A DNA stretch of 60,545 nucleotides, counting the filler, from Catajapyx aquilonaris (Eukaryota), in NCBI GenBank assembly GCA_000934665.2. It is 2 parts of 2 records of this genome, joined end to end, with 100 filler letters (N's around TTAATTAATTAA, not from the genome) between each part and the next. Parts side by side here need not be neighbours in the genome. Positions count along the whole stretch, not along the records: positions 1 to 30,238 come from JYFJ02004677.1; 1 more part is not named here. One strand, given 5' to 3'. Position 1 is the first letter of the stretch; every line of letters starts with the position of its first letter. This document shows positions 12,480-24,691 of the stretch, one piece after another. A program made the translations under genes and the position numbers. The notes beneath the pieces are model-generated. The model saw nothing but the letters and a program-made list of their open reading frames with translations, was not told the DNA's origin and did no database searches.

Positions 12480-15400
12480 ATGGAGGCGAAATCACCCTTC
12501 TCTCCGGACACACTCTTACCAGTGCCTAATGTTCCTGCACACGAATATGTGTTGGAACGGATACAGCAAAGACTTCAAGAAAGTGGAGATCAAATACTTG
12601 TGGTGAGTGATGAGATGCTGCATAATTATATAGGTTACAAGCAAGATTACATATACACTATTATTAGATGATCTCATGTACATAATACGATTCAAATACA
12701 TGTTAGCCTACTCTTTGTCACACTAATACGAGTATATATGCTACATTCTAAGCCTGACGATGTAACACTTTGCTTTTCCAGCGTGACATTGCCACTGGCG
12801 AAACGGTAATGTATTCAGAAGCGGAACCGCTGTCAAGAAAACTTGCGTGTGCTTTAGTGAAGAAGGGCTTCAAGGAGCAAGATATATGCTTGATGGTCAC
12901 TCGTAATCATGCACGTGTCTTCATTTGCTACCTGGCCATCATGAGGCTCAATGGCACTATCTTTCATTGCTATCCAGAGGATCACTCGGGTATTGCACAA
13001 AATAACCCATGAAATGAAAAGCAATATTCACATCCGGATACTGTACTGTACATTGACCATAATGGCTTGTGTCTGTACCTGCAGGGACCATTGCACGTCG
13101 TTTGCAAATATGCACATCCAAGTTTGTGTTTTGCGACTCTGAATCAGCACCTGAAGTGCTGAAGTCTACCAAGCTGGTGGACTGGCCTGTCAATGTTATT
13201 TCGATAGATCCTACACCTGGATGTGTCACTTTAAGTGACCTTCTTTCAAATGATGGAACAGGTAAGATATGACCAAGCTTGACAATCATGAACTATTGCC
13301 AGTGCTTCCACACTTCCACTGCAGATTTACCGGTGGTGTCGCATAATATTCATAAAGATGCTGCCGTAATATTTTGCACGAGTGGCACAACTGGTCTGAG
13401 CAAAGGCGCCGTTCATACACACTACTCGTGTCTGTTCTTTTTCATTCAAGAGGGGTGAGTATACAGTACTTACAGGTTGCGCAAAATTTGTTTTATTGCA
13501 ATATATTATCCTTTATAGATATAAGAGATAAGATAATTATAACGTTCCCAGATTTGGTGGATTATATAACAATAGCCTAATTTATTTTATTTTAGATTAT
13601 TCGGCAGAAGCAAAGGTTATGTGTTTGCAAGTGGCAAACCCTTTCATGTAAGCGGGTTTGCAATGGTCTTTGGGTATGCCATACGCCACTGCTCCGTCTT
13701 ACTAGCATCAAAACTTACTCCCGAGGTCTTCTTCAAAACTATTGATAAGTACAAGGTAATGTCGTGAAGGATAACCTCAAAGGAAATCTCTGAATATTAT
13801 TATTACAAGGCATTTAGTCAGTAATGTATTCTTTCTTTCCTTCACTATACTTGTATAGCCAACCACCGTTTTCGCTTTTCCGACTTATTTGGGATGGGTA
13901 AAAGACAACGCTTCAGCATGCAAGAAGTATGACTTCTCCAGCGTCATCGTGGTTATGACTGGAGGAGCACCTACATTCGACACGAACGCCAAAGTTCTGG
14001 CCAATGCTTTTCCAAACATGAAAGTGCTGAATAAGGTAAAAGCTATTTAAACTAATGCATGAGTGTCTATAGGGTCTAGGCATTTAAAGTGGTCTACGTC
14101 CAATGTTATAAGCTGTAAATTTCATCAAAATTAAAGTCCTAAATGAATGCTTCTGATTGTATTTAAATTGACTTTTAACACTAGAAAGAGAAACTAATAA
14201 TTTATTTTGATAGCTTTGAAATGACTGTTTGAAAACAACTGCTTAAAAAGTAAATTAGGGACAAAAACTCGCTAACCATTTCATGCTGTTTACAATCACT
14301 GACAACTAACAATAATTTGATTTACGTAGGCTTATGGCTTGACAGAATGTTTCGGCGTTACTACTACCTACAACCTAAATACATCTACGGAGGAATACAA
14401 TGCATTCAAAGGTGTGTAGACATTAACCATCACTTAGGACTAATAATAGTTTTATTCAAAACACTTTTTCAGTTTCCAATTGCGAAGGATATCTTCTTCC
14501 GCATACCGTGGGAAAGGTGAGAATGTCGTGTGCGTAACTACGGTTGTTTATCTAGGTTTACATACTAACCTGTATCATTTTATTATAGGTCATTGACATT
14601 ACCACTGGGGAACATCTGCGTTATGATCAGCCAGGTGAAATATGCGTAAAAAACCCCACGGTGATGAAGAAATACATTGGACAACCAGAGGTAGGCTCTA
14701 AGTTATTTCAACTTTTCTTTCGTTAAGTAACGACTAACGAACATAAGCCTATACTTCTGACTGTAGTACTACTGATATTAAAAATTACAAAAGAAATAAT
14801 TATTGTTCGGATGTACGATAAGTACTAGGCCTATATTTTTATATATCGGTAGCCTAGCACAGCATTAATATCGTATATTAACTTATACACCTCATTATTA
14901 AATGCCCATGTGCTATAGATAGGCCATGGCAGTCCGAATAAAAATATCTTTTAATTTTGAATTTAATAATTTTACTATACTGATGTCACTAAAACTGACA
15001 AAACCCTCCCTTTGCAGGAAACAGCGAAAGTTCTTGAAGATGGCTGGCTCCGTACTGGAGACTACGGTTACTTTGACGAAGATGGGGGTCTTCACCTTCT
15101 CTCTCGTCTCAAAGAAGTGTTCAAGTATTGGAATTATCATGCAAGTATATTTATAAAATAAATGTAATCCACTGGCACATAATTATATTATTATGCTGCA
15201 TACTGGAACTACACCATGTGATGTGAGTTGAAACCATGCTATAGACCTCTCATATAGTCCGCAATTCAAAACCACTTCAGTTTTGTCGGAAAATTATGTA
15301 ACAATATCTTTTCGAAGGGAAAAATCGCCCTCACATATTATAAGGATTACAAAACTTTAGTTTCTGTGAATCAGGCAAGTGATATTAATTTATTTATCTT

Positions 15401-15805
15401 AATCAGTCATTTTTCTGCAGATATCACCTGTGGAGTTGGAAGGCGTGATTATGCAACATTCGAGTGTGTCTGAAGTATGTGTTATCGGAGTGAAGGATCC
15501 TGAAGGAGGTGGGGATATTCCTAGGGCTGTGGTTTCCCTCAAACCTGGACACGACAGAGCAGAAGTCCAGCAAAGTATCAAGGACCTTGTAGCAGGTAAT
15601 TTGTAAATACGATGTTCGACTATGCACAAGTTAAGAATTAGCAAATATCATAATAACTACTGTTCTGACACTAAATTGTGTTTACGCAGATCATGTAGAA
15701 AACTACAAGCAACTTAGGGGAGGCATTGTGGTTGTCAATGAGTTACCGCATGGAAACACAGGGAAGGTGCTGCGAAATCAAGTTGTCAAAGATTTTTCTG
15801 CCTAA
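12480..15805 (+). CDS. luciferase-like / 4-coumarate-CoA-ligase-like acyl-CoA synthetase (ANL superfamily), copy 2, 538 aa
   Basis: 12 exons at the same intron positions as copy 1: 12480-12602, 12782-12989, 13085-13261, 13325-13454, 13596-13755, 13859-14035, 14330-14411, 14473-14516, 14589-14690, 15018-15140, 15421-15595, 15690-15805. Motifs TSGTTGLSKG, YGLTE, GWLRTGDYG and LPHGNTGK. Confidence 0.92.
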
Positions 15806-16401
15806 ACATGCGAAATTGTGTAGCTGCCATGGTATACTAAAGTAACTTAGTATACTTTCACGGTGTATTTGGTGTAATAGATAATATATGAGATATTAAT
15901 AAAGAGGCCTATTGTACTGTTTAGGTGAAATACTCGCGCATATTAAAATAAACGAGATAATACGATATACTGGTTAAGACTTTCTGCATAGAAGAGAGAG
16001 CAATGGACCGTCGTCTGTTGCTTATAAAATGTGATTGTTGTTTTAAAATATATCACCATTGTTATTTTCTATAATTAGCATTGGAATTTTGAGCGGCCGC
16101 GCCCAATAAATAAATTATTTGGATATCAGGAGTATTTGGACCTTGGTGAGAAAGTGTGAGGGTGAAGTGGGAACAAGAAGTCTGTCGGAATTGAATAAAG
16201 AAATATTGAAGTACTCTAAAGATAAAGTCTCTTGTATAATATTTGCATGCATTTCAAAACGTCGTCCAACAGTACCGGTTTTTATCACCCTTTTTGTATA
16301 GAGCATATGGTAGCACCACCCTCTATGTCACAACGTGTCCTATCAATATCGATAGCATGAAATTGCTAACAGTTGGAGTCTGATTTTAAGAACAGCCGGT
16401 T

Positions 16402-18078
16402 ATGGCAGGAATACAGCATAAAATTCCGCTTGAAAAGTCAGACTTGACTCTTACCATGTATTTGTGCATCCGTAAAAGTTTCTTACTGACCATTCTGCTG
16501 TGGCTACTGCGCACGTGTAAACTTATTGGAATATTTCCTGCCCAAAATGTCTTCCGTGGATTTCATCGTGGTCTTAGATTCACCAGAAGATCTCCAGAAG
16601 TCTGTTGGAGTATCTTCATGACGGGCAGTGCTCTGGGTGTTACATTGTCGCATGTTGCATTAACATGGGAAGATGCGGACTCAGTGTTTCGTGAAAAGCT
16701 CAAAATGACGCACTATGTAGTGCTGAAAGTATCTTACATCAACATGGTGATCGGAGCAATGTGCAATATGTTTTACATGATTTTCACATGCTCCAGATTT
16801 TGCAAATTTTTGCGTCAGTTACTTGCAAAACGATGCAAAGCTTGCAGCTCGTTTTCTGCGAATGACATATCCATGGCAGTGGTGTTGTTCCTGGTTGGTG
16901 CCACAATCCAGATAACCATATATGCTTATTGGTATATTATGTTTTGTTACGGGGAGGATGTGCCTATGTGTCCCAAGAAGATGCAGCTTTTATTTTTATT
17001 TTGGTTTGTAATTAATACACTGATGCAATTTCCAGTCACACTTCAAGTGCTTTTGGTAAGCCAATACATGGTGAATATCTTTGCACACGTCAATCGGCAT
17101 TTAACTGAAATTAATGCACAAGGAAACTGCAACATTATTCATCTCTGTGACACTTACAACAGTATGGTAAAATTGGTGCATCACGTGAGCTGCATCTTTG
17201 GACCTTACGTCCTAATTTTGTGCATCAAAGAAATACTTAACATGACAATAATGATATACTCTTGCTTCAAACCATATCGACATGGTTACGAGAGTGACGT
17301 TTTCAACTACTTTACTGCAGTTTCTATGTTTCTGCAGTTTGTTTCATTTATATGGACAATTGCCGAGATTCCTCTGAAAGTAAGTGAAAATTATATTTTA
17401 GTCTACTGTTGAGTACAATGCGCTCACACATGATTATGCAATTTCGTTTTAGGCCCATTCTGCTGATGGTGATGGCATCCGTTTACAGATATCACAAAAA
17501 CTGACTCCCATCTGTCGAAACAAAGTAAGTAAGACATGACTGTGAGACTTTCATTTTTTTAAATCCCAACAGTAAGCAAAATAAGCTCATATCTAGTCAA
17601 AAAATAGGAGCCAGTAACACATGATTCGCATTTGTCAATAATGTAAAATTAAGGTACTAAAGACCTTAAAATTTAAGAATAGGCAAAATTTATATTTAGC
17701 AGATGCACATCTATGGCTTAAATATTACTTATCATACACACAGGTTACAAATGCTTTTTTTTTTACAGCTTAGGGAAATATTGCAAAAAATGTCTGGTCG
17801 ACGCATCGAAGTGACTGCTGCCAATTTTTTCAGCATAAACAGAAAACTACTGACATCAGTAAGTTTAACTAAGTTAGTATGATGATCGTTTAATATTGCG
17901 AATGGTCTAACATAAAATATGAGCTTAATAAGTTATTAGATCAATGAAGTTGTTCTAATAGTCACTATTTCTCTCTTTGCAGATCGCCGCTGCTGTGACT
18001 ACATATTTGGTCGTCTTGATGCAGTTTACCATTAGTGAAAATCCTCTAAGCTACAATAGAAACTCTTCAACCACATAA
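16402..18078 (+). CDS. gustatory receptor (arthropod 7TM chemoreceptor family), ~411 aa
   Basis: A long hydrophobic first exon 16402-17379, then three short phase-0 exons (17453-17524, 17769-17858, 17983-18078). They give the GR signature IEVTAANFFSINRKLLTSIAAAVTTYLVVLMQF. The start could alternatively be ATG 16456. Confidence 0.93.
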
Positions 18079-18359
18079 TTATAATTTGAGACTTGGTGAC
18101 AAGTGAATTATTTTAAACCATTAGTATACTGATTTAAGAATCGGTTAAACGTGTGATCCTAGAACAAACAGCTGAAATAACAAAACAACCTTTAATCCTG
18201 AGGAGAAAAAATGATCTTGTTAATACACATTTATGAGGTGTTTATTATGCTTAATGCGCGTAATATTGAGGTATAGTAAAGAGTAAGTGACATAATCTTC
18301 AGTGGATATTCTTCACAAGCAGTCCTTATTTGACATTGTCTTGGGATTCTTGCAGCCAT

Positions 18360-20030
18360 TTAATATGGCTCCTTAGCGTCGCAGTCCTTTAAAAATTATA
18401 TCGTCAAATAAGTACAGTCAAATTGGAGAAAAAGTATATTTCATTTATATATTATGATATATTTTTACTGTATATTGGTGAAATAGCAGATGAAAAAAAG
18501 TTAACATCTCGACAAAATAATTACTCTTTCACAATAATATTAGAATATGCTACCTTATCATCAAAATTTTATATTAGCTACTATAAATGTATGCATAGTC
18601 AACTTACCTTAACCAGGTTGTCAAGCCAGCAGTGAATAACTGTAGAACATACTAAGCAGTGTTTCTCAAGCAACTGCTCTGGAGTATGGTCCTTGAAAAC
18701 TTCTCTTGCTATAATAAATGGGTTTCATGAAAATTATTTTGTAATGATATACCTTCAAGCCTTGATTAATATTGTAACAAGAGTGCTGCTCACCTGCATT
18801 GTTACAGGTGTCAAAACTCCTTAAAATGAAATCTTTGGATGGTGCATACTCAGGGCCAGCATCTTTCCAATAGGTGTCATAAAATGCTTGGCCACTAACA
18901 AATCCTTCTGGACTCGCCTGATGCAACAAAAAGGCGGGGTATAGGCTATTTAGGACTACTGTCACTTATAAGCGAAAATTTTATGAATGTACTGTACTCA
19001 CGCTTCCAATGGCTTTGTTGAAGCAATATGCGGTGCACTGAAATGATTTATTTCATTATAATTATGAAGGTGGTACCAAGTTTTACATTATTTTGTAGGC
19101 AATAATATTTGTAACGCTAATCTGTAGGTAGGCCTACACTGAAATTATGTGTAATCGTGTTCACATTTTCAATGAGAAGAGCGGAAAAACTAAGCCACTA
19201 TGACAATGGCCAGGTTATTAGGCAATTACTGTGAATTGAGGATGGTAAAAGCAGAGTGCGTCATAAGCTGCTGCCCACATAAAAAATAATCGATATTTCC
19301 ATTACGTAATAATGAATTATGCCAAATTAGAATATTAACAGAACAGCCTGTTTTTGGTATTAATAGCTGGCCACTCTTTTACTGTTCAAATTTCCACACA
19401 ATGTGTTTTTAGAGTGTCTTGTCATTCAGCCTAAGTTGTAATCGGATCCTTATCGCAACCACAAACTATCACAGATTCCATTGGCCTAATCACTGAAGGA
19501 CCGGTTGTATCATAAAATATTAAAATATTACGAATGACGCTCCGATTAGGTGCATATGTAGATATGCACGGTACTAAATCGCTTTATTCTTTAATTTGCA
19601 TCAATACAATCGGGCTTAAAATTCCTGTTGGAGTATGCACACAAAATCCAAACAATATTCACGGCTTGCCTCATTTTCCTTCTGACCAGCATCCGCGCAT
19701 CCTTCCCAGACAGCATCCTGCTTCTTCATTGCTACCGGGTCATCGAAAAATAAGCACTTGGGCTGAAACATAATTATCATATTGCAGTAATATTAAAGTA
19801 ATGTTACCTGGACTCTGGGCCACGGTTGTATGAACGCAAATCAAGAAATATCTCCGATTATGTACAGGAATATTTCCAACATCATAATGAGAGATTTTCT
19901 CTTAATTTGAGCTGATACAGTTACGGGCCTGAGTGGTCGTTGGTATATGTCACGCTGAAATATTTACGTCTTTCTGGCTGGACTGTTCCACCACAGCCAT
20001 AATAGCAAACAGGAAAGCAGCAGCCAACAT
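18360..20030 (-). CDS. odorant-binding-protein-like secreted protein (extra-Cys, Plus-C-like), ~147 aa
   Basis: Exons 20030-19968, 19762-19670, 19037-19002, 18917-18794, 18708-18608, 18386-18360 give MLAAAFLFAIMAVVEQSSQKD|PKC...WEGCADAGQKENE|CTAYCFNKAIGS|ASPEG...FDTCNNA|AREVF...KHCLVCSTVIHCWLDNLVK|DCDAKEPY*. It has a signal peptide, C-x3-C and C-x8-C spacing and an OBP-like exon layout. The exon 2 donor is GC (tentative). Confidence 0.72.
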
Positions 20031-20084
20031 TCTCGAGCTCTTGGTGTAACGTGTCACACTGGAGTCGAGTATAATCTCAATGGA

Positions 20085-20092
20085 CTTATATA
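20085..20092 (-). promoter_or_regulatory. candidate TATA box of the OBP-like gene
   Basis: TATATAAG on the minus strand ~55 nt upstream of ATG 20030, followed by an Inr-like CCAGT. Confidence 0.5.
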
Positions 20093-22973
20093 CGAAAGGG
20101 CGTCCAACCGGAACTGGAAATGGATGGTACAGTACAACCACTAATTCATTGCCCTCAAGGTCTTTTGGAAGAAGTAAAGACTGATAGGCTGAAAACTGAT
20201 TTCACAGAATTTCCATGCGAAGTAACCTTGACGTCCTCTTTGACCACAATATTGCCTATGTTGGCCTCAAGGCCTCTGGGATTTACACGTAATCGTACAC
20301 ACATACAATACATGCATGACGTGCCAACTGGTGATGGATAACTTTCTAATTCTGATTATATAAATGGTACGTTTTCATATTGCATTGGTTTATAGACAAA
20401 TCTCTTCGACGAGACAGTGTATCAAACATTGAAACATAACATCATATCATCGCGCGGTCAAAGAAGTCGACATATTGCATAATCACCAGAACAACATGGA
20501 AAATAACAACGTTGAAATAATACGCAACACTCCAATATAAGTGAAACTACTACAGTACAATATTTTCGCTTGTAGAATCAATGTAGCTGTCATGATGAGT
20601 TAAGATTGGTTATTACTGTATACTTACACTTGGGAGAAGAGTCGAAAATCTTCTCCGTGGGTTCTCTAAAGCCACTGGTTCCGTTCTATATAAGCTTGCC
20701 ATGGTTTCTCACTTTGAAGATCTGAAGACACGCGACCTACATGCGTCCTTCAAAATAAAACTTCCCACGGCATCATCATCTCCTCTCCTGATGACATGTT
20801 CCCGCCATAGTGTAGGTCTACCCACATCCAACCACTCTCCATTACATATCACGCAATCTACGTACTCGTACAATGTCAACTGCTTGTTACACAGGGAACT
20901 GTCACATAGCTACATCGTGTTACACAATATTATGTTAACTAAATTAAAACGGACAAATGTGCTTGCTATAACGATTTCGTTACTCTGGACGCTGCTCTTT
21001 TTAACAATTGTGTCTGAAACATGAAACGAGGATCTGTAATTTGTTAGTGTTGATTAGACGTAACGAGATGTGGGATGCGAAATGCTGGTTTTGTTGAAAG
21101 AGAGTCATGCATGGCCTTTGGACGAAAATGACGTATCAGTCTTCGTTGCTGCCATAATGCTTTGTATACCAGGCCAGAACTTTTGAATGGCGATTGAGAT
21201 TATAATATCAGGAAGATTTGGAAGTATTTGCGTGTTATTTTCGTCGTTCCCCTGGTACTGCCCAGGATAACGATAAGGGTGTTATCAATTTGAACGCAGC
21301 TGGTTCTGAAAAAGAGTGTTATGATAAAATAACATTATTTTTAGAATTCAGGGCAGGCGTTTCACAACTTTTCATCGGCCACCAGGCTAGCAATAAAATT
21401 CTGTAATGTACAGTACAATCACAAAAGTCGCATTAAATACAATTTCAAATACGATCGATATAATTATGGTAAACAGGTTCTTTGTATTACTGTATTGTGA
21501 TATCACAGGACTGAGTGACGATATTAGGGTCTGTGATATTTGTACCGATATAGGCGTGAATTAACTTATGAATCTCACAATATATGCAGGACCTACTCAT
21601 TAAAACAAAATCTTATCCTACATGACACTATCCCTCTGCGTAGCATCAGCTTTGGTATTATTGCACTGGCTTAGAATTGTCTATACAATAATTTTATTTG
21701 TCCGTTTATTTTGCTATATTCTCTCGCTTAATTATTAGTAACAAATAGTCCGTCGGTTATAGCGACATAGCCTACTTGATCTTAATTTCTTAGATGGAAT
21801 TCAGAACGTTTGCCTGATTTCATTTAAGGAAATTGTATAAACGTGGCGTATCACTTGAACTTACATTTCTTACGGATTAAAAAAAAATCATATGTAAAGT
21901 TAGCCAACTGATCTAAATTCCGTCCTAATTTTTCCAGAACACCATTCTAGTATCTTTCGCTCATACTTAAAACGATACCAATTCAAGTTGACAAATGCTT
22001 CTCCTTTCTGCATGCTTGGAAAACTTTCGACAAACTTTATGATGTTCTAAATCCAGACAGATCCTTGGTATATTCCTTACAATATTTATTCTTCGCCAGT
22101 ATCCCTTCCGCCGTTTTTGATTGACGCGCCTTGGTCGCCATCTTGTATTGACGCCAGCGCCACCTAATGATCAACCCTCCTCTATTTTAAAATAATTTAT
22201 TCTAATACAGCATGCAACCTTACTCTAAAATTACGTTTAATAAAATGTCCATCCAGAGTCGTTCCAATAAAACCCATTTTGCACATTTTGTTGGAAGGCG
22301 CCAAACCGGCTCTGTTTCTTCTTTTCTTTCTTTTTCCATTTCCAATGGTGGGCACACCGGACGGAGCGGACGGAGTCAGCTGCTGATAGAAGGACCCCTT
22401 TATCTCCTGGAACTTGGGTCCAGTTGGGTCTGCCTCACTTCCACAGGAGTAGTCCAGCATCGACTCGTCATAATGGACGTGCTGGAGGGAAGGAGTGGGG
22501 CAGGTAATAAGAGTGGGTCGGGCTTCATCGCCTACCCTCCTCCGAACAAGCCCCAGTTTCGAATGATTTATTGGAAAAGTGATGCTGGCTGTAGCAGTGT
22601 TGAGGGTGCCCACGGTTGATTGAAATCAACACTGCGAAGAATAGGTTGTAAAAAAATGAGGGCGAATGCCTGCTTTAGTATCGCACTAGTGGTGAAGAGC
22701 CGCATGTCTTGCTAGGAAACTTACTAGTGTCATCTTATCCTAAGTCTGAGATGTGTTGTGAAGGTAGTTCTTGGAGTCATGGGAGAAACGCAAGCCCCAC
22801 CACCACGACAAGGTGGATATACCATCCGGGGGTACAGTAACATAACTAATGTGTTGCGATTGAGTCTTCAACGTACTTGTGTCGATATTTTGTATTTCGG
22901 TTGTGATGCTTGTACAAAGATCCTGCCAGGTTCGTGGTTCATTTTAGTATCCCCGCAATGAGTCAATGGTAAC

Positions 22974-23263
22974 CAAAGAGTTCTGCTATATTATATATAC
23001 ACCTAGAGGAGGTACTCTGCCTGAAATGTGAGGCAGGCAACAATGCAGGCCACAATATGACCTCCAACAAGATGGCGGACGCCTGACATTATTGAACTAA
23101 TTGTCGCCCAGTTGTCATTATTGGTTGTTGTCCCAGTTGCTAGACAACTGTTAGAACAACAATATGACCTCCAACAAGATGGCGGCTGCCTCAGCCTGTC
23201 TAATGGAAAAGGATTGGGAGTACCTCCTCTAGGTATTATATTATATAATAGCAGAACTCTTTG
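22974..23263 (+). mobile_element. MITE with CAAAGAGTTCTGC TIRs and 8-bp TSD (P-element-like), copy 1
   Basis: TIRs CAAAGAGTTCTGC.../...GCAGAACTCTTTG. TSD ATGGTAAC at 22966-22973 and 23264-23271. Confidence 0.88.
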
Positions 23264-23469
23264 ATGGTAACTCATTAAAGCTGTGTTTACATGTGAGCAA
23301 TTTGATGAGCAATAACATCGCTGAGTAACCAATATTGTTGGAAGTGAAAGTAACAATCAATTTTCTCCTCAAATAATACTGGTTACTCGGGTTACTCAGT
23401 GATGTTATCTCTCGAAGAAGACTTTGCTCGTCAAATCGCTCACATGTAAACGGTGCATGACAGCTTCTT

Positions 23470-23700
23470 CATGGACCATGTTATCTCGAAAGACCTGTGG
23501 TTCCCCAGTTCGCCAGACTTAACAGCAGCAGATTACTGCTTCATCTCTTTAAAGGAGTGTGCTTACAAACATGAACCGTAAACTATTCAGGATCATTGGG
23601 CAAATATCAACACTGAAATAAAAAAATATTGACACAAGAATGTTGAGACTTGTGTGAGAAAACATGGTGAAACATGCACGAATTTGGCTTCAATCTACAA
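23470..23700 (+). mobile_element. degraded Tc1/mariner transposase C-terminal fragment
   Basis: Translates to VISKDLWFPSSPDLTAADYCF..LKECAYKHEP*TIQD, matching the WPxxSPDLxPxD...LK..VY...P pattern. Confidence 0.65.
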
Positions 23701-23925
23701 GATACACTGGTAATTTTCCTAGCAAAACATGTGGATTTTTGGTACTCATGTGCTAAAGCAGACATTCAGATTTATTGGGCATAGGCAGACATGTTGACTG
23801 ACAATGAGTGGTTGACGCATGGTCTATCCTACGTAGCCACCACAGTTATCTGTGAATCAGCTTTCCTTTTCAATGTTTCTGACATAGACTGCTAACAGTG
23901 AAGAGGCATTATAATTCACTGACAG

Positions 23926-24228
23926 AGGGGCGGCATGGTGGTCTAACGGTTACGCCGTTGGCCAGCCAAGCGGGAGGCCGAGGTTCAAATCCCGTCCCCG
24001 TCACCTCTGCTTGGCCGGGTCTTCTTCCGCTTTTCACCCGACATGCCGGGGCAGAATTCCACTCCCTATCTGCCCGGGGCCAGTAGAAAAGGCCTGGTGT
24101 ATTTTCACAAGTCAGAAATGACTAAAAAATTTCAGCGCCCTCCCTAGGGAACCACCCCCTTCCCCCCTAAGAGAGCCACTGGCTCTATCACGGGGTAAAT
24201 TAAAAAAGAAAAAAAATGAATAATAATA
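23926..24228 (+). mobile_element. tRNA-derived SINE (family A), full length
   Basis: A box TGGTCTAACGG, B box GGTTCAAATCC, A/(AAT) tail, and a 15-bp TSD ATAATTCACTGACAG (23911-23925 and 24229-24243). Related copies at ~46020 (-) and ~57318 (+). Confidence 0.9.
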
Positions 24229-24691
24229 ATAATTCACTGACAGTGGCAGCAGCTGTGTAATAATGGTCCGGTGTAAAGGGGCCTTGAGTCACTCATTATA
24301 AAAGTTACACTGTAGCACCATTGAAGTACCCAATGCCCTGCCCTATGGCTTACTGACTGCTCTGCAAACCCTTCAATGTTGACGCCTTTTTGTGACATTG
24401 CATGACATGTTGGTAGAAAGAAACGAAGAAAAATACCTCATCATGCACTGATGATGGGGATTGAACTTGAACCCCAGGCCTGCTTGGCTGGACAGTGGCA
24501 TAATTACTAGATCATAGTGTGTCCCTATTGAGTGTACTATTATGACTTTGCCTCTACTGACTGTGAGATATTTTGGATTCCAAAACTACTTAAAAAAAAA
24601 AAAAACTTTTACCCATATTGACGTTCACAATTTTTGACAAATTTGCAATCAGAATTAGATGCTCATATGGCACACATTTTTTAAAAAATTT

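Noticed and set aside
7440..15805. Interpretation as a bioluminescence locus
   Set aside because: Luciferase-like ligases are widespread in non-luminous arthropods, and nothing in the sequence shows oxygenase activity.
19808..19885. Possible extra OBP exon ending CAG|GTAACA
   Set aside because: The phase-compatible frame has a stop 12 codons upstream, and the intron would be only ~45 nt.
20628..20694. TATA-like motif plus minus-strand GTAAGT donor as an alternative OBP 5' exon
   Set aside because: The spacing is unconvincing, AT-rich context makes such motifs common, and I identified no acceptor.
23926..24000. tRNA gene calls here and at ~45340, ~47915, ~59385 and ~60440
   Set aside because: A/B boxes are present, but without complete cloverleafs. 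Most are followed by SINE bodies and tails, several with TSDs.
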